From Spirochaetales bacterium (lineage in GTDB: Bacteria > Spirochaetota > GWE2-31-10), in assembly GCA_050872545.1 (NCBI GenBank), contig JBNMHA010000001.1, positions 4,047 through 68,046 of the forward strand: a stretch of 64,000 nucleotides of DNA, given 5' to 3'. Below, piece after piece: positions 8,940 to 17,309 of this stretch. Below the pieces are notes generated by a model. It saw only the letters and a list, made by a program, of their open reading frames with translations. It was not told where the DNA came from and ran no database searches. Every line of letters begins with the position of its first letter. Within the stretch, counting starts at the first letter, position 1. Both the position numbers and the translations under genes were made by a program.

Positions 8940-10300
8940 ATTTCCTCCCCATAAAAAAAATTAATCTGATAAACAGCAAACTCGTATTTCGTATCGAGAG
9001 TTTTCTTCCTTGCTTCGATTATCCGTTCAATTGCATTTTTTATTTCGTATACTTCGATAAGCCCTTTCTGAAATGCCTCTGTAACTTCCCGATACTCTTC
9101 TTCCGACAATTTTTCATACGCTTCTAACGTTCTTATTTTTTTTCTGTAGTTTTGAATTTGTTTTGTATGCAAGGCATTTTTGTATTCTTTGATTTCTTGA
9201 TGTTCTTGAAGTTCATACTGAAGTTTCTTCTGCTCTTTCCTCAAGTCGCACAATCGCAGCTGTTGTTTGGAGAACGGTAAGGAAAAATTCAAAGGCATTT
9301 TTACAACGAAATTCAAGCTTCCGACTTTGTCATTCCAATATTTGCCGCTATTTTCAAACCAATCTCCTAACCAAGGATTGCGTGTATAACTGGGTGAAAA
9401 CAAGTAATTTACTTGAAGTGACGGAATGAAATGCGCAATTTCTTCCGCAATATTAAGTTTCAGTTCTTTTTGCCGCAACGAAAATTCTTCTTCACGATAT
9501 TCAGAACATGTTTTTTCATCAAAAAAACTCTCATTATGAAAATCTTCTAATTCGCCTGAAAAATAAATATTTTCTTCTCCAAGCAAAAAATTAAGGAACA
9601 TAAGACTTTTCTCATACAAGTTTTCTGTTTCATCAACTTCCTGTTGCAATTCATTTTTTTTCAATTCTGAATAAATAGTTCTGTATTTTTCCAAGCGATC
9701 ATCACATAAAGCCAGCATATTGCAAAATTGTTTTGTCAGTTCTGCATGTTCATTTGTCACTGCATTTTTTGCTTTATGATAAAAAACAGCAGCACAACCG
9801 GATAAAGCTGTTTTCCTAATTTCATTTTCAGCAAGTTCAAATGAAAGTTTGTTCTGCTTTAATAAATTTAACTTACTGCACAGTGACAAAATTGAAGCCA
9901 CGTTAAATTCCCAAACTGAATATGCTGTAAAATTTACACTCCAACGAGGTTTGGTCACATCAAAAGAGTTTGGGATAACTTCATCATATCCATTTGCAGT
10001 CGCACTTAATAAGTTAGGAAGCAATTCTTCGTATGTCGTTGTTCTGTCTTTATCACTCAAATTAGAACGAGAAAAGCTGCCGCATATTCCAAACTGCGGA
10101 ATAAACTCATCAAAACTTTCGATTATTTTCAGTTTTTTCTGCAATATGCTAATATTTTTTTGTTTAAGCGAAAGGCAATGTTTAACTGCCGTATCTGCGG
10201 CTTCTGCCGGAGTGATTAAAACATTTGCTCCGGCAAAAACTACAGAAAACAGAAATACTGAAATTGAAATAAGTTTTTGCATCGACAAAAATTCTTTCAT
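8936..10300 (-). CDS. Secreted coiled-coil protein, possibly a TolC-like outer-membrane channel
   Basis: ORF of 454 aa with a signal peptide. Long helical heptad-like segments alternate with short beta-like stretches, resembling the outer-membrane efflux protein architecture. The family assignment is uncertain. Confidence 0.35.
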   Translation of the reverse strand: MKEFLSMQKLISISVFLFSVVFAGANVLITPAEAADTAVKHCLSLKQKNISILQKKLKIIESFDEFIPQFGICGSFSRSNLSDKDRTTTYEELLPNLLSATANGYDEVIPNSFDVTKPRWSVNFTAYSVWEFNVASILSLCSKLNLLKQNKLSFELAENEIRKTALSGCAAVFYHKAKNAVTNEHAELTKQFCNMLALCDDRLEKYRTIYSELKKNELQQEVDETENLYEKSLMFLNFLLGEENIYFSGELEDFHNESFFDEKTCSEYREEEFSLRQKELKLNIAEEIAHFIPSLQVNYLFSPSYTRNPWLGDWFENSGKYWNDKVGSLNFVVKMPLNFSLPFSKQQLRLCDLRKEQKKLQYELQEHQEIKEYKNALHTKQIQNYRKKIRTLEAYEKLSEEEYREVTEAFQKGLIEVYEIKNAIERIIEARKKTLDTKYEFAVYQINFFYGEEM

Positions 10301-10315
10301 TTCATCACACCCTGT

Positions 10316-10669
10316 TTAGTCGGCACGAACAAAAGTGCCCCAACTCCAAAGTGTCAACTTTCCGCCTGACAATGTGTAAGCGTAAGTTTCATCTTTGTCT
10401 TTAAAGTTGATTATACCGCTTTCGGATTTATCAATTTCCCACTCAAAGCTATTTGAAACCGAACCATTTTTGTAAACATAGTCCACTTTCATTTTGTCAT
10501 TAGATGTGAATTCCAGATTATATTTCTCATACACAGAAAATTCTTTGCTATCAAAATCTTCCGGAACCCATTTCCCAATAAGTCCGCATTCCACTCCAGC
10601 AGGAGTACAGCTCGCCAATGCAAAAATAAATGCAACAGTAATAAAACAAATTTCTAATCCTCTTTTCAT
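10316..10669 (-). CDS. Small 'GKW-motif' lipoprotein (117 aa), first gene of operon 1
   Basis: Lipobox LASC followed by the motif TPAGVECGLIGKW. It is paralogous to 11321..11701 and 63449..63814. Confidence 0.6.
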   Translation of the reverse strand: MKRGLEICFITVAFIFALASCTPAGVECGLIGKWVPEDFDSKEFSVYEKYNLEFTSNDKMKVDYVYKNGSVSNSFEWEIDKSESGIINFKDKDETYAYTLSGGKLTLWSWGTFVRAD

Positions 10670-10706
10670 AGTTAATATCCTTGTAATAAAATTTCACGAA
10701 ACTGTA

Positions 10707-10738
10707 AGATTAGCCGGCTATTGCAATCTCGCTGTCAA
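10707..10738 (-). promoter_or_regulatory. Candidate sigma70-like promoter for operon 1
   Basis: On the minus strand: TTGACA (10738-10733), a 20-nt spacer, then TAATCT (10712-10707), about 40 nt upstream of the RBS AAGGAT and the ATG at 10669. The spacer is longer than optimal. Confidence 0.25.
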
Positions 10739-10770
10739 GTTTTATCGTTCATGAAAAGCGATTTTGCAAG

Positions 10771-10815
10771 AAAAAAAACTTCCCGGAGGTCAAGAAAATT
10801 CTCCGGGAAGTTTTT
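10771..10815. terminator. Bidirectional intrinsic terminator (A8, CTTCCCGGAG, 12-nt loop, CTCCGGGAAG, T5)
   Basis: Perfect 10-bp GC-rich inverted repeat flanked by an A-run and a T-run. It separates operon 2 and the repeat element from the operon-1 promoter. Confidence 0.65.
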
Positions 10816-11027
10816 CTTGGTAAATTTTTTGTTAGTTATATTGATTTTGAAATTAATACAAGTATAATTAAAATTTTTTGTTATAAACAAATCAAGACTT
10901 TATACCAATTTAGTATTATTTACAAAATGTGTGGCAATTTTCTTTGCAGGGGACAGACCTCAATTCTAACTTGGGATACAAGTAAATTCGGGTGGATATG
11001 AAAGTAAACTAAGGGACCGACCTATAT

Positions 11028-11205
11028 GCTATTTTAGAATTAAAGTCTGTCCCTTGTGTTAATGAGATCTCCGGGTCAAGCCCGAAGATGACATAAAATT
11101 TCACAAATTACTTTGTTATTCCCTAACTTGCGTCCTATTGTCATTGCCCGGTGCGACCGGATAATGACATTAGGCTTGTATGGTGTCAGACCTATATGCT
11201 ATTTC
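11028..11205. repeat. 187-bp structured repeat unit (1.1 copies) with internal inverted repeats
   Basis: Contains GGTCTGTCCC pairing with GGGACAGACC upstream, the hairpin ATCTCCGGG-tcaag-CCCGAAGAT, and CCTATTGTCATT-19nt-AATGACATTAGG. Confidence 0.7.
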
Positions 11206-11320
11206 CACATATAAATACAGCGCAAAAAGCATAAAAAAAGCGGCAAGAAATTTTTGTTTCTTACCGCTTATTTCAAAAAGGATTATGTTTATTATTTGCC
11301 GACAAAACAATTTTCCAAAA

Positions 11321-11701
11321 TTAACATGTTCGTTCTAAAACTAAAGATCTGGAGAAAATTAAGTATCCGCCGCTTAAAATACATGAAATTTCTCCGTCCG
11401 GAAGTCCTTTGCCCTCACCGTCAATACACTCAATTTCCAAAATTGTTCCATTAAAAATGCAGCCATCGCCTTCTTTACTTGTACCTGTTATTTTATATAC
11501 CTCAGAAAGTTTTTCACTTCCGTTATCCCAAGAATAAACGAAAGTATCATCTGCATAAAATTCTATAATATACGTAACTCCGCCGGATTCGCCGCTCCAT
11601 TTTCCCAATAAATCGCAACTAACGCCAGCACAAGTACACGATATTATCAAAAAAAACAAAGCAACCGGCAGCAATGCAAAAAATCCAATTTTACTTTTCA
11701 T
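11321..11701 (-). CDS. Small 'GKW-motif' lipoprotein (126 aa), last gene of operon 2
   Basis: Lipobox IISC followed by TCAGVSCDLLGKW. Its signal-peptide coding sequence and RBS are identical to those of 11711..12712. Confidence 0.6.
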   Translation of the reverse strand: MKSKIGFFALLPVALFFLIISCTCAGVSCDLLGKWSGESGGVTYIIEFYADDTFVYSWDNGSEKLSEVYKITGTSKEGDGCIFNGTILEIECIDGEGKGLPDGEISCILSGGYLIFSRSLVLERTC

Positions 11702-11710
11702 TGTCGTCTC

Positions 11711-12712
11711 CTAAATCAAAGAACATGTCAAATTTATCATGTTATATTTGTATACTTTATCTGTCCAAGCTTGAATTATGTAGATATTATCCCCATGCCG
11801 TGCGCTATCCGTATCTTTCGTTTTTATTGAAACTCTATCTTTTTCAACACCGCTTCTATCGAATGTTACAATCGATTTATTTGTTAAAAGAGTAATGAAA
11901 TCATCATTTTGATAGAGTGAATTCACACTAAAAAAGCCTCCTGTAGAAAAAACTTTTTCTACATTTAAAACATTATCAATTACCGAATAACGAAACAGAT
12001 CAACATCACGCCTTTCTCTTTCCCCATTATTTTCAGATACAACAAAAGTTCCGAGCAAATAAGGATCATAAAAATCTAAATACAAATAATCTTTATCAAA
12101 GCACGATAAATCAACAAATTTCTTTTGTGTAAGGTTATAAATATCGCTATACCCTAAACTATAAAGCAGAGAAACATAAACATTATTACCATTATGACCG
12201 GCAAATTTAGTCAAATACATTTCGCCTCCCGGCAGTGTCTCGTAGCGTATCTTTCTTGTTTGTGCATTATACACCGCATAAGTCACTGGAACATCTTTGA
12301 ATCCGGGAACACATGGTGCAATCCAAAGTTCATTATTTACATACGTAAAACATTCTGCAACTCTGGAAAGTTCAAAATGGAGTTCCTGTACTTTCCCGGT
12401 CAACGGATTCAAGCGGGCTATACGACCGTTTACAGTTAAAAAATACACGCTTTCATCAAAACTTTTATCATAAAAGAAATCACAAATTATACTTTCCGGG
12501 AATTTATACGTATATATCGCAGTTTCGGTTTTGGTATCGAAAGCAATTATTTTATGGCAATTGTCATCCCATCGGGATGTTAAGAAAATTGTATTTTCAT
12601 CAACATTTATTGGTTTGAAAGACGGAAACGGTGACAACGGTGCTTCACAAGACGTTATCAAAGAAAACAAAGCAAGCAGCAGCAATGCAAAAAATCCAAT
12701 TTTACTTTTCAT
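11711..12712 (-). CDS. Paralogous lipoprotein family member 1 (333 aa)
   Basis: Lipobox ITSC. The N-terminal ~180 aa and the C-terminal RHGDNIYIIQAWTDKVYKY.MINLTCSLI are shared with 12722..13735. A 9-nt intergenic gap precedes it. Confidence 0.6.
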   Translation of the reverse strand: MKSKIGFFALLLLALFSLITSCEAPLSPFPSFKPINVDENTIFLTSRWDDNCHKIIAFDTKTETAIYTYKFPESIICDFFYDKSFDESVYFLTVNGRIARLNPLTGKVQELHFELSRVAECFTYVNNELWIAPCVPGFKDVPVTYAVYNAQTRKIRYETLPGGEMYLTKFAGHNGNNVYVSLLYSLGYSDIYNLTQKKFVDLSCFDKDYLYLDFYDPYLLGTFVVSENNGERERRDVDLFRYSVIDNVLNVEKVFSTGGFFSVNSLYQNDDFITLLTNKSIVTFDRSGVEKDRVSIKTKDTDSARHGDNIYIIQAWTDKVYKYNMINLTCSLI

Positions 12713-12721
12713 TGTCGTCTC

Positions 12722-13735
12722 CTAAATCAAGGAACATGTCAAATTTATCATGTCATATTTGTATACTTTATCTGTCCAAGCTTGAATTATGTAGATATTA
12801 TCCCCATGCCGTGCGCTATACTCACCTTTTATGTCTATTGGAACTCTAGCTTTCTCTCTATAATTATTTTTTTTATCAAAAGCAATGAATGAATCTGTAG
12901 TCACATAAACTATAACATCATCATTTTGATAAAGTGAATTCATATTATAGAAACCATCAGCAAAAAAAAGTTTTTCTACACTCAACACATTATCAGTTAT
13001 CGAATAATGAAATACATCTGTATTACGCTGATTTTGCTGTTCATTCCAATGTACACAAACCATATAAGGGTCATAAAATTCTATACAAAAATAGCATTTA
13101 TTTTCCTTATCCAAACAGGATATATCCACACCTTTTTTCTGTGTAATATTGTAAATCTCTGCCGGCTGCTGTGAAATATAAAATGAAATATATGTATTTC
13201 CATTTTCATATCCGGCATATTCTTCACAAAAGATTACCCCACTCGGCAACGTTTCGTAGCGTACCTTTCCTGTTTGGGCATTATACACCGCATAAGTTAC
13301 CGGAACATCTTTGAATCCGGGAACACACGGTGCAATCCAAAGTTCATTATTTATATACGTAAAACGTTCTGCAACTCTGGAAAGTTCAAAATGAAGCTCT
13401 TGTACTTTCCCGGTTAACGGATTCAATCGGGCTATACGACCATTGAGAGTCAGAAAATACATGCTTTCATCAAAACTTTTGTCATAAAAGAAATCATAAA
13501 TTATACTTTCCGGGAATTTATACGTATATATCGCAGTTTCGGTTTTGGTATCAAAAGCAATTATTTTATGGCAATTGTCATCCCATCGGGATGTTAAGAA
13601 AATTGTATTTTCATCAACATTTATTGGTTTGAAAGACGGAAACGGTGACAACGGTGCTTCACAAGACGTTATCAAAGAAAATAAAACTAACATCGGCAAT
13701 AACAACAACACAAGAAAATTTATTCCGCTTTTCAT
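12722..13735 (-). CDS. Paralogous lipoprotein family member 2 (337 aa)
   Basis: Mosaic relative to 11711..12712. The RBS AAGGAG lies upstream. Confidence 0.6.
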   Translation of the reverse strand: MKSGINFLVLLLLPMLVLFSLITSCEAPLSPFPSFKPINVDENTIFLTSRWDDNCHKIIAFDTKTETAIYTYKFPESIIYDFFYDKSFDESMYFLTLNGRIARLNPLTGKVQELHFELSRVAERFTYINNELWIAPCVPGFKDVPVTYAVYNAQTGKVRYETLPSGVIFCEEYAGYENGNTYISFYISQQPAEIYNITQKKGVDISCLDKENKCYFCIEFYDPYMVCVHWNEQQNQRNTDVFHYSITDNVLSVEKLFFADGFYNMNSLYQNDDVIVYVTTDSFIAFDKKNNYREKARVPIDIKGEYSARHGDNIYIIQAWTDKVYKYDMINLTCSLI

Positions 13736-13926
13736 CGATTCTCCTTAGTGATAGGGGATGTCTAATAAGTTTAAGTCCTAGAGGTCATTGAGCCCGTCGA
13801 AATGACCAAATGTGGTTTCGATATAACCAAAAACTAAAGTTTTTGGCTTGCTCAAACATCGCATTTTCAACTTTTAGGACATTCCCTTTATTTAGTAACT
13901 GTTTGATACACAATTTGAAAATTACG

Positions 13927-14949
13927 CTATTCAATAACTTTCATTGAAAAATCTTCCAAATTGATTTTATAAATACTGTGAGTATCACCTTTTACGCAGT
14001 AAAAGAATCCGTCACGAACATAATTGGAAAAAGAAGATTGCATATTTAAAGAATTTGATTTTTTAAGTCTATAATTATCTTTAGCATAAACCAGAAAACT
14101 TCTTTTTTCAGGATCTATACCATAAACAAATAGATATTTTTCTGTTTCATATACTCCCTGAACTCTAATTTTTTTAATATTAAGAAGTTTATTTACTTCT
14201 AATTTTGGCACTATTGATTTTATTTTATATATAAATACTTCATCTATACTGTCTGCTACTAAAAACCCATTGTAATAATCGTACCAAGAACATTTAACAG
14301 AATTATCCAATGACGATATGTCAAGTTTTTTCTTATCTGTATAATTATATATTTCAGCTTCATCCATATATAATGGCAAGAAAACTTTATCATCCATTTT
14401 AAAAGGTGTTGCATTTAACAAAATTCCTTCCGGCAATTCTTCATAACGATACGAATCGGTAGCCGGTGTATATACAAAATATTTTACAGGGGTATTTTTA
14501 AAACCCGGATAATTCGGACTTACCCACACTTCGTTATTGAAAATTACCAAATCTTCCGGTTCTCTGATTAATTCTATATTTTTAATTTCACTCATTTTCC
14601 CGGAAGTTACATCCAGTTTTGCTGTTCGCCCATCCCCAAATATTACATATATATTGTTTTTATCTGTTTCATAATCATAGGCTACTTCATAAAGACTTAA
14701 ATTTTTATCGAATACATATCTGTAAAGAAGCTTTTGTTTATCTGAATCAAATACAATTATTTCATTTAATTCACTGCCATCTTTTGCGGTAGAGCCATCA
14801 CAATTATCAAAAACAAAAATATTTTCATGCATTTCTATAGATACATCAAACGTCGGCAAAGGAACATCTTTTTGGTTTTCCTCCATATTGCAGCCTACAC
14901 AACTTGTAAATAGACAGAATAAAGCTATGATTTTATATATAAATTTCAC
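13927..14949 (-). CDS. Paralogous lipoprotein family member 3 (about 341 aa from a GTG start)
   Basis: The ORF track starts at 14979, but AAGGAG followed by 6 nt and GTG at 14949 gives the typical signal peptide MKFIYKIIALFCLFTSC. The C-terminus ...KINLEDFSMKVIE is shared with the two upstream paralogs. Confidence 0.5.
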   Translation of the reverse strand: MKFIYKIIALFCLFTSCVGCNMEENQKDVPLPTFDVSIEMHENIFVFDNCDGSTAKDGSELNEIIVFDSDKQKLLYRYVFDKNLSLYEVAYDYETDKNNIYVIFGDGRTAKLDVTSGKMSEIKNIELIREPEDLVIFNNEVWVSPNYPGFKNTPVKYFVYTPATDSYRYEELPEGILLNATPFKMDDKVFLPLYMDEAEIYNYTDKKKLDISSLDNSVKCSWYDYYNGFLVADSIDEVFIYKIKSIVPKLEVNKLLNIKKIRVQGVYETEKYLFVYGIDPEKRSFLVYAKDNYRLKKSNSLNMQSSFSNYVRDGFFYCVKGDTHSIYKINLEDFSMKVIE

Positions 14950-14970
14950 TGTTTGTCTCCTTAGTGATAA

Positions 14971-14995
14971 CTCCCCCATAAAACAAGGGGGGGAG
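14971..14995. other. Intergenic GC hairpin with a homopolymer (C5, 9-nt loop, G7) immediately upstream of the RBS of the 13927 gene
   Basis: CTCCCCC-ATAAAACAA-GGGGGGGAG followed by TTTTATTT. A paralogous copy at 16148-16170 has G6. Confidence 0.7.
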
Positions 14996-15036
14996 TTTTA
15001 TTTAATGACTGCTTGATACACAATTTGAAAATTACA

Positions 15037-16128
15037 CTATTCAATAACTTTCATTGAAAAATCTTCCAAATTGATTTTTAAAACTGCCGGATTTTCTTCA
15101 CCTACAGAGTTTATTGTATAAACATATTTTCCAACTTGGTAAAATTGCTCCAAACTTATAGTCGGATTATATTTTTTCACATCTGGATAATGCTCCCTAA
15201 AAGAATCCAATATTTCGTTTGTTTCAGGATCATACTTTAGAATATCTTTATAAGCTTCGCCTGTATCTAAATACAAATAATCACCATACTCAAGATCTGC
15301 ATAACATACGACATCGAGTGTTTGCAGCGGCTTAGAAACTTTAAACTTTGATTCTCCAAATTCTTCAAGTTTGTACAACGTAGTTTTTGTTTCGTACATC
15401 ATTTTCTCTTCATTTCTTATTTTTTTTCTTTTTCCTACAATGCCTTTTTTGAAAAAAGAAACAAAATGAAAAGCCGTAACTGAATCATCGATTAAATCAG
15501 GAAAATAATCATTCAAATCGATATTCATATCTTTTTGCTTTGTCCAGTTATAAATATCTCTTTGTGTATATGCATTATAAACTGAATCCGCAGCTACAAC
15601 ATATATATCACCGTCATACTTAAAGGGAGAACCTAGAAATTTATACGGTTCTGAAGTAAGCTCTTCGGTTTGGTAATAATAACGATATATTTTATCATTA
15701 TGATTATCCATAAAAAGCAAGTTGTCACTTTCGAATTCAAACATAGAAACCGTTCCGCCCAATGTTGGTTCTCCAAAATATTTTATTTTAGCAGTAGCCG
15801 GATCAAACTCAGACAAACGTGCTAATTTTCTTGAATCCCTATGTCCATGATATACAAAATAGCATTTCTTCTGCTCCTTCACGTATTTAAAATCATGGGT
15901 AATGTTTTTATCTGGATCTAAATGATACCGCTTTACGATTCTATCTGTAGATAAATCAACTGCTAAAAATTGTCTGTTTTTTCCGCAATCAAAAAAGAAA
16001 TATATTGAATCAGTAACTTCTATAGGCTTAAATTCAGGAAATGAACCATCTATTTCTTCTGTACAGCAAGAAAATAAAACTAACATCGGCAATAGCAGCA
16101 ACACAGGAAATTTTATTCCGCCTTTCAT
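15037..16128 (-). CDS. Paralogous lipoprotein family member 4 (363 aa)
   Basis: Signal peptide ending LFSCC. It is about 75% identical to 16212..17309 and shares the C-terminus NPAVLKINLEDFSMKVIE. Confidence 0.6.
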   Translation of the reverse strand: MKGGIKFPVLLLLPMLVLFSCCTEEIDGSFPEFKPIEVTDSIYFFFDCGKNRQFLAVDLSTDRIVKRYHLDPDKNITHDFKYVKEQKKCYFVYHGHRDSRKLARLSEFDPATAKIKYFGEPTLGGTVSMFEFESDNLLFMDNHNDKIYRYYYQTEELTSEPYKFLGSPFKYDGDIYVVAADSVYNAYTQRDIYNWTKQKDMNIDLNDYFPDLIDDSVTAFHFVSFFKKGIVGKRKKIRNEEKMMYETKTTLYKLEEFGESKFKVSKPLQTLDVVCYADLEYGDYLYLDTGEAYKDILKYDPETNEILDSFREHYPDVKKYNPTISLEQFYQVGKYVYTINSVGEENPAVLKINLEDFSMKVIE

Positions 16129-16147
16129 CGATTCTCCTTAGTAATAA

Positions 16148-16170
16148 CTCCCCCATAAAACAGGGGGGAG
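16148..16170. other. Intergenic GC hairpin with a homopolymer (C5, 8-nt loop, G6) upstream of the RBS of the 15037 gene
   Basis: CTCCCCC-ATAAAACA-GGGGGGAG followed by TTTTATTT. Confidence 0.7.
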
Positions 16171-16211
16171 TTTTATTTAATGACTGTTTGATACACAATT
16201 TGAAAATTACG

Positions 16212-17309
16212 CTATTCAATAACTTTCATTGAAAAATCTTCCAAATTGATTTTTAAAACTGCCGGATTTTCTTCACCTACAGAGTTTATTGTATAAACAT
16301 ATTTTCCAACTTGGTGAAATTGCTCCCAACTTATAGGAGGGTTATATTTTTTCACATCTGGATAATGCTCCCTAAAAGAATCCAATATTTCGTTTGTTTC
16401 AGGATCATACTTTAGAATATCTTCATAAGCTTCACCGGTATTTAAATACAAGTAATTCCCATATTCAAAATTTTTATAACATCCTACATCAAGCACCTTC
16501 AACGGCTCGGAAACTTTAAACTTTGATTCTCCAAATTCTTCAAGTCTGTATAACGTAGTTTCAACGTCATAACGCATACTCTCATTATTTCTTGTTTTTT
16601 TCCTTTTCCCAACAATGCCTTTTTTGAAAAAAGAAATAAAATGAAAAGTTTCATTTGGAATATAATCATCAAGTAAATCAGGAAAATAATCATTTAAATC
16701 GATATTCATATCTTTTTGCTTTGTCCAGTTATAAATATCTCTTTGTGTATCTGAATCATAAACTGAATCTGCACCAACAACATATATATCACCGTCATAC
16801 TTGAAAGGAGACCCTAAATATTTATATGTTTCTGTAGTAAATTCACCTGTTTCATAATAATAACGATATATTTTATTCATATAATTATCCATAAAAAGCA
16901 AATAATCATCTTCAAGATTTAATGGAAAAACAAAACCTCCTAAAATCGGAACTTCAAAATATTTTATCTTTGCTGTAATTGGATCAAACTCTGCCAGCTT
17001 ATTCTTCCCCATTGCATCTCTATGTCCTAAATATGTGAAATAACATTTCTTTTGCTCCTTTATATAAATGAAATTATCAACAAGATTTTTATCCGGACTC
17101 AACTTGTATCTTTTAACAACTTTATCTGTAGATAAATCAACTGCTAAGAACTGTTTGTTTTTTTCACAATCAAAAAAGAAATACATTGAATCAGTAACTT
17201 CTATAGGCTTAAATTCAGGAAATGAGCCATCTATTTCTTCTGTACAGCAAGAAAATAAAACTAACATCGGCAATAGCAGCAACACATGAAAATTTATTCC
17301 GCTTTTCAT
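16212..17309 (-). CDS. Paralogous lipoprotein family member 5 (365 aa from the second ATG)
   Basis: The RBS GGAGAC lies inside the first ATG codons, which favours the start MKSGINFHVLLLL at 17309. It overlaps the upstream gene's stop. Confidence 0.55.
   Translation of the reverse strand: MKSGINFHVLLLLPMLVLFSCCTEEIDGSFPEFKPIEVTDSMYFFFDCEKNKQFLAVDLSTDKVVKRYKLSPDKNLVDNFIYIKEQKKCYFTYLGHRDAMGKNKLAEFDPITAKIKYFEVPILGGFVFPLNLEDDYLLFMDNYMNKIYRYYYETGEFTTETYKYLGSPFKYDGDIYVVGADSVYDSDTQRDIYNWTKQKDMNIDLNDYFPDLLDDYIPNETFHFISFFKKGIVGKRKKTRNNESMRYDVETTLYRLEEFGESKFKVSEPLKVLDVGCYKNFEYGNYLYLNTGEAYEDILKYDPETNEILDSFREHYPDVKKYNPPISWEQFHQVGKYVYTINSVGEENPAVLKINLEDFSMKVIE

Larger units (their letters stand above)
10662..11205 (-). 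repeat. Duplicated regulatory module, copy 1: RBS/5'UTR, promoter, terminator, AT-rich spacer, 1.1 copies of the 187-bp structured repeat
   Basis: About 90% nucleotide identity with 18934-19475 over roughly 540 bp, even though the flanking genes are unrelated. Confidence 0.85.

Noticed and set aside
10680-11260. Possible CRISPR array or retron ncRNA in the duplicated intergenic repeat region.
   Set aside because: The repeats are about 187 bp and imperfect, not short identical direct repeats separated by unique spacers. No cas gene or reverse transcriptase is nearby.
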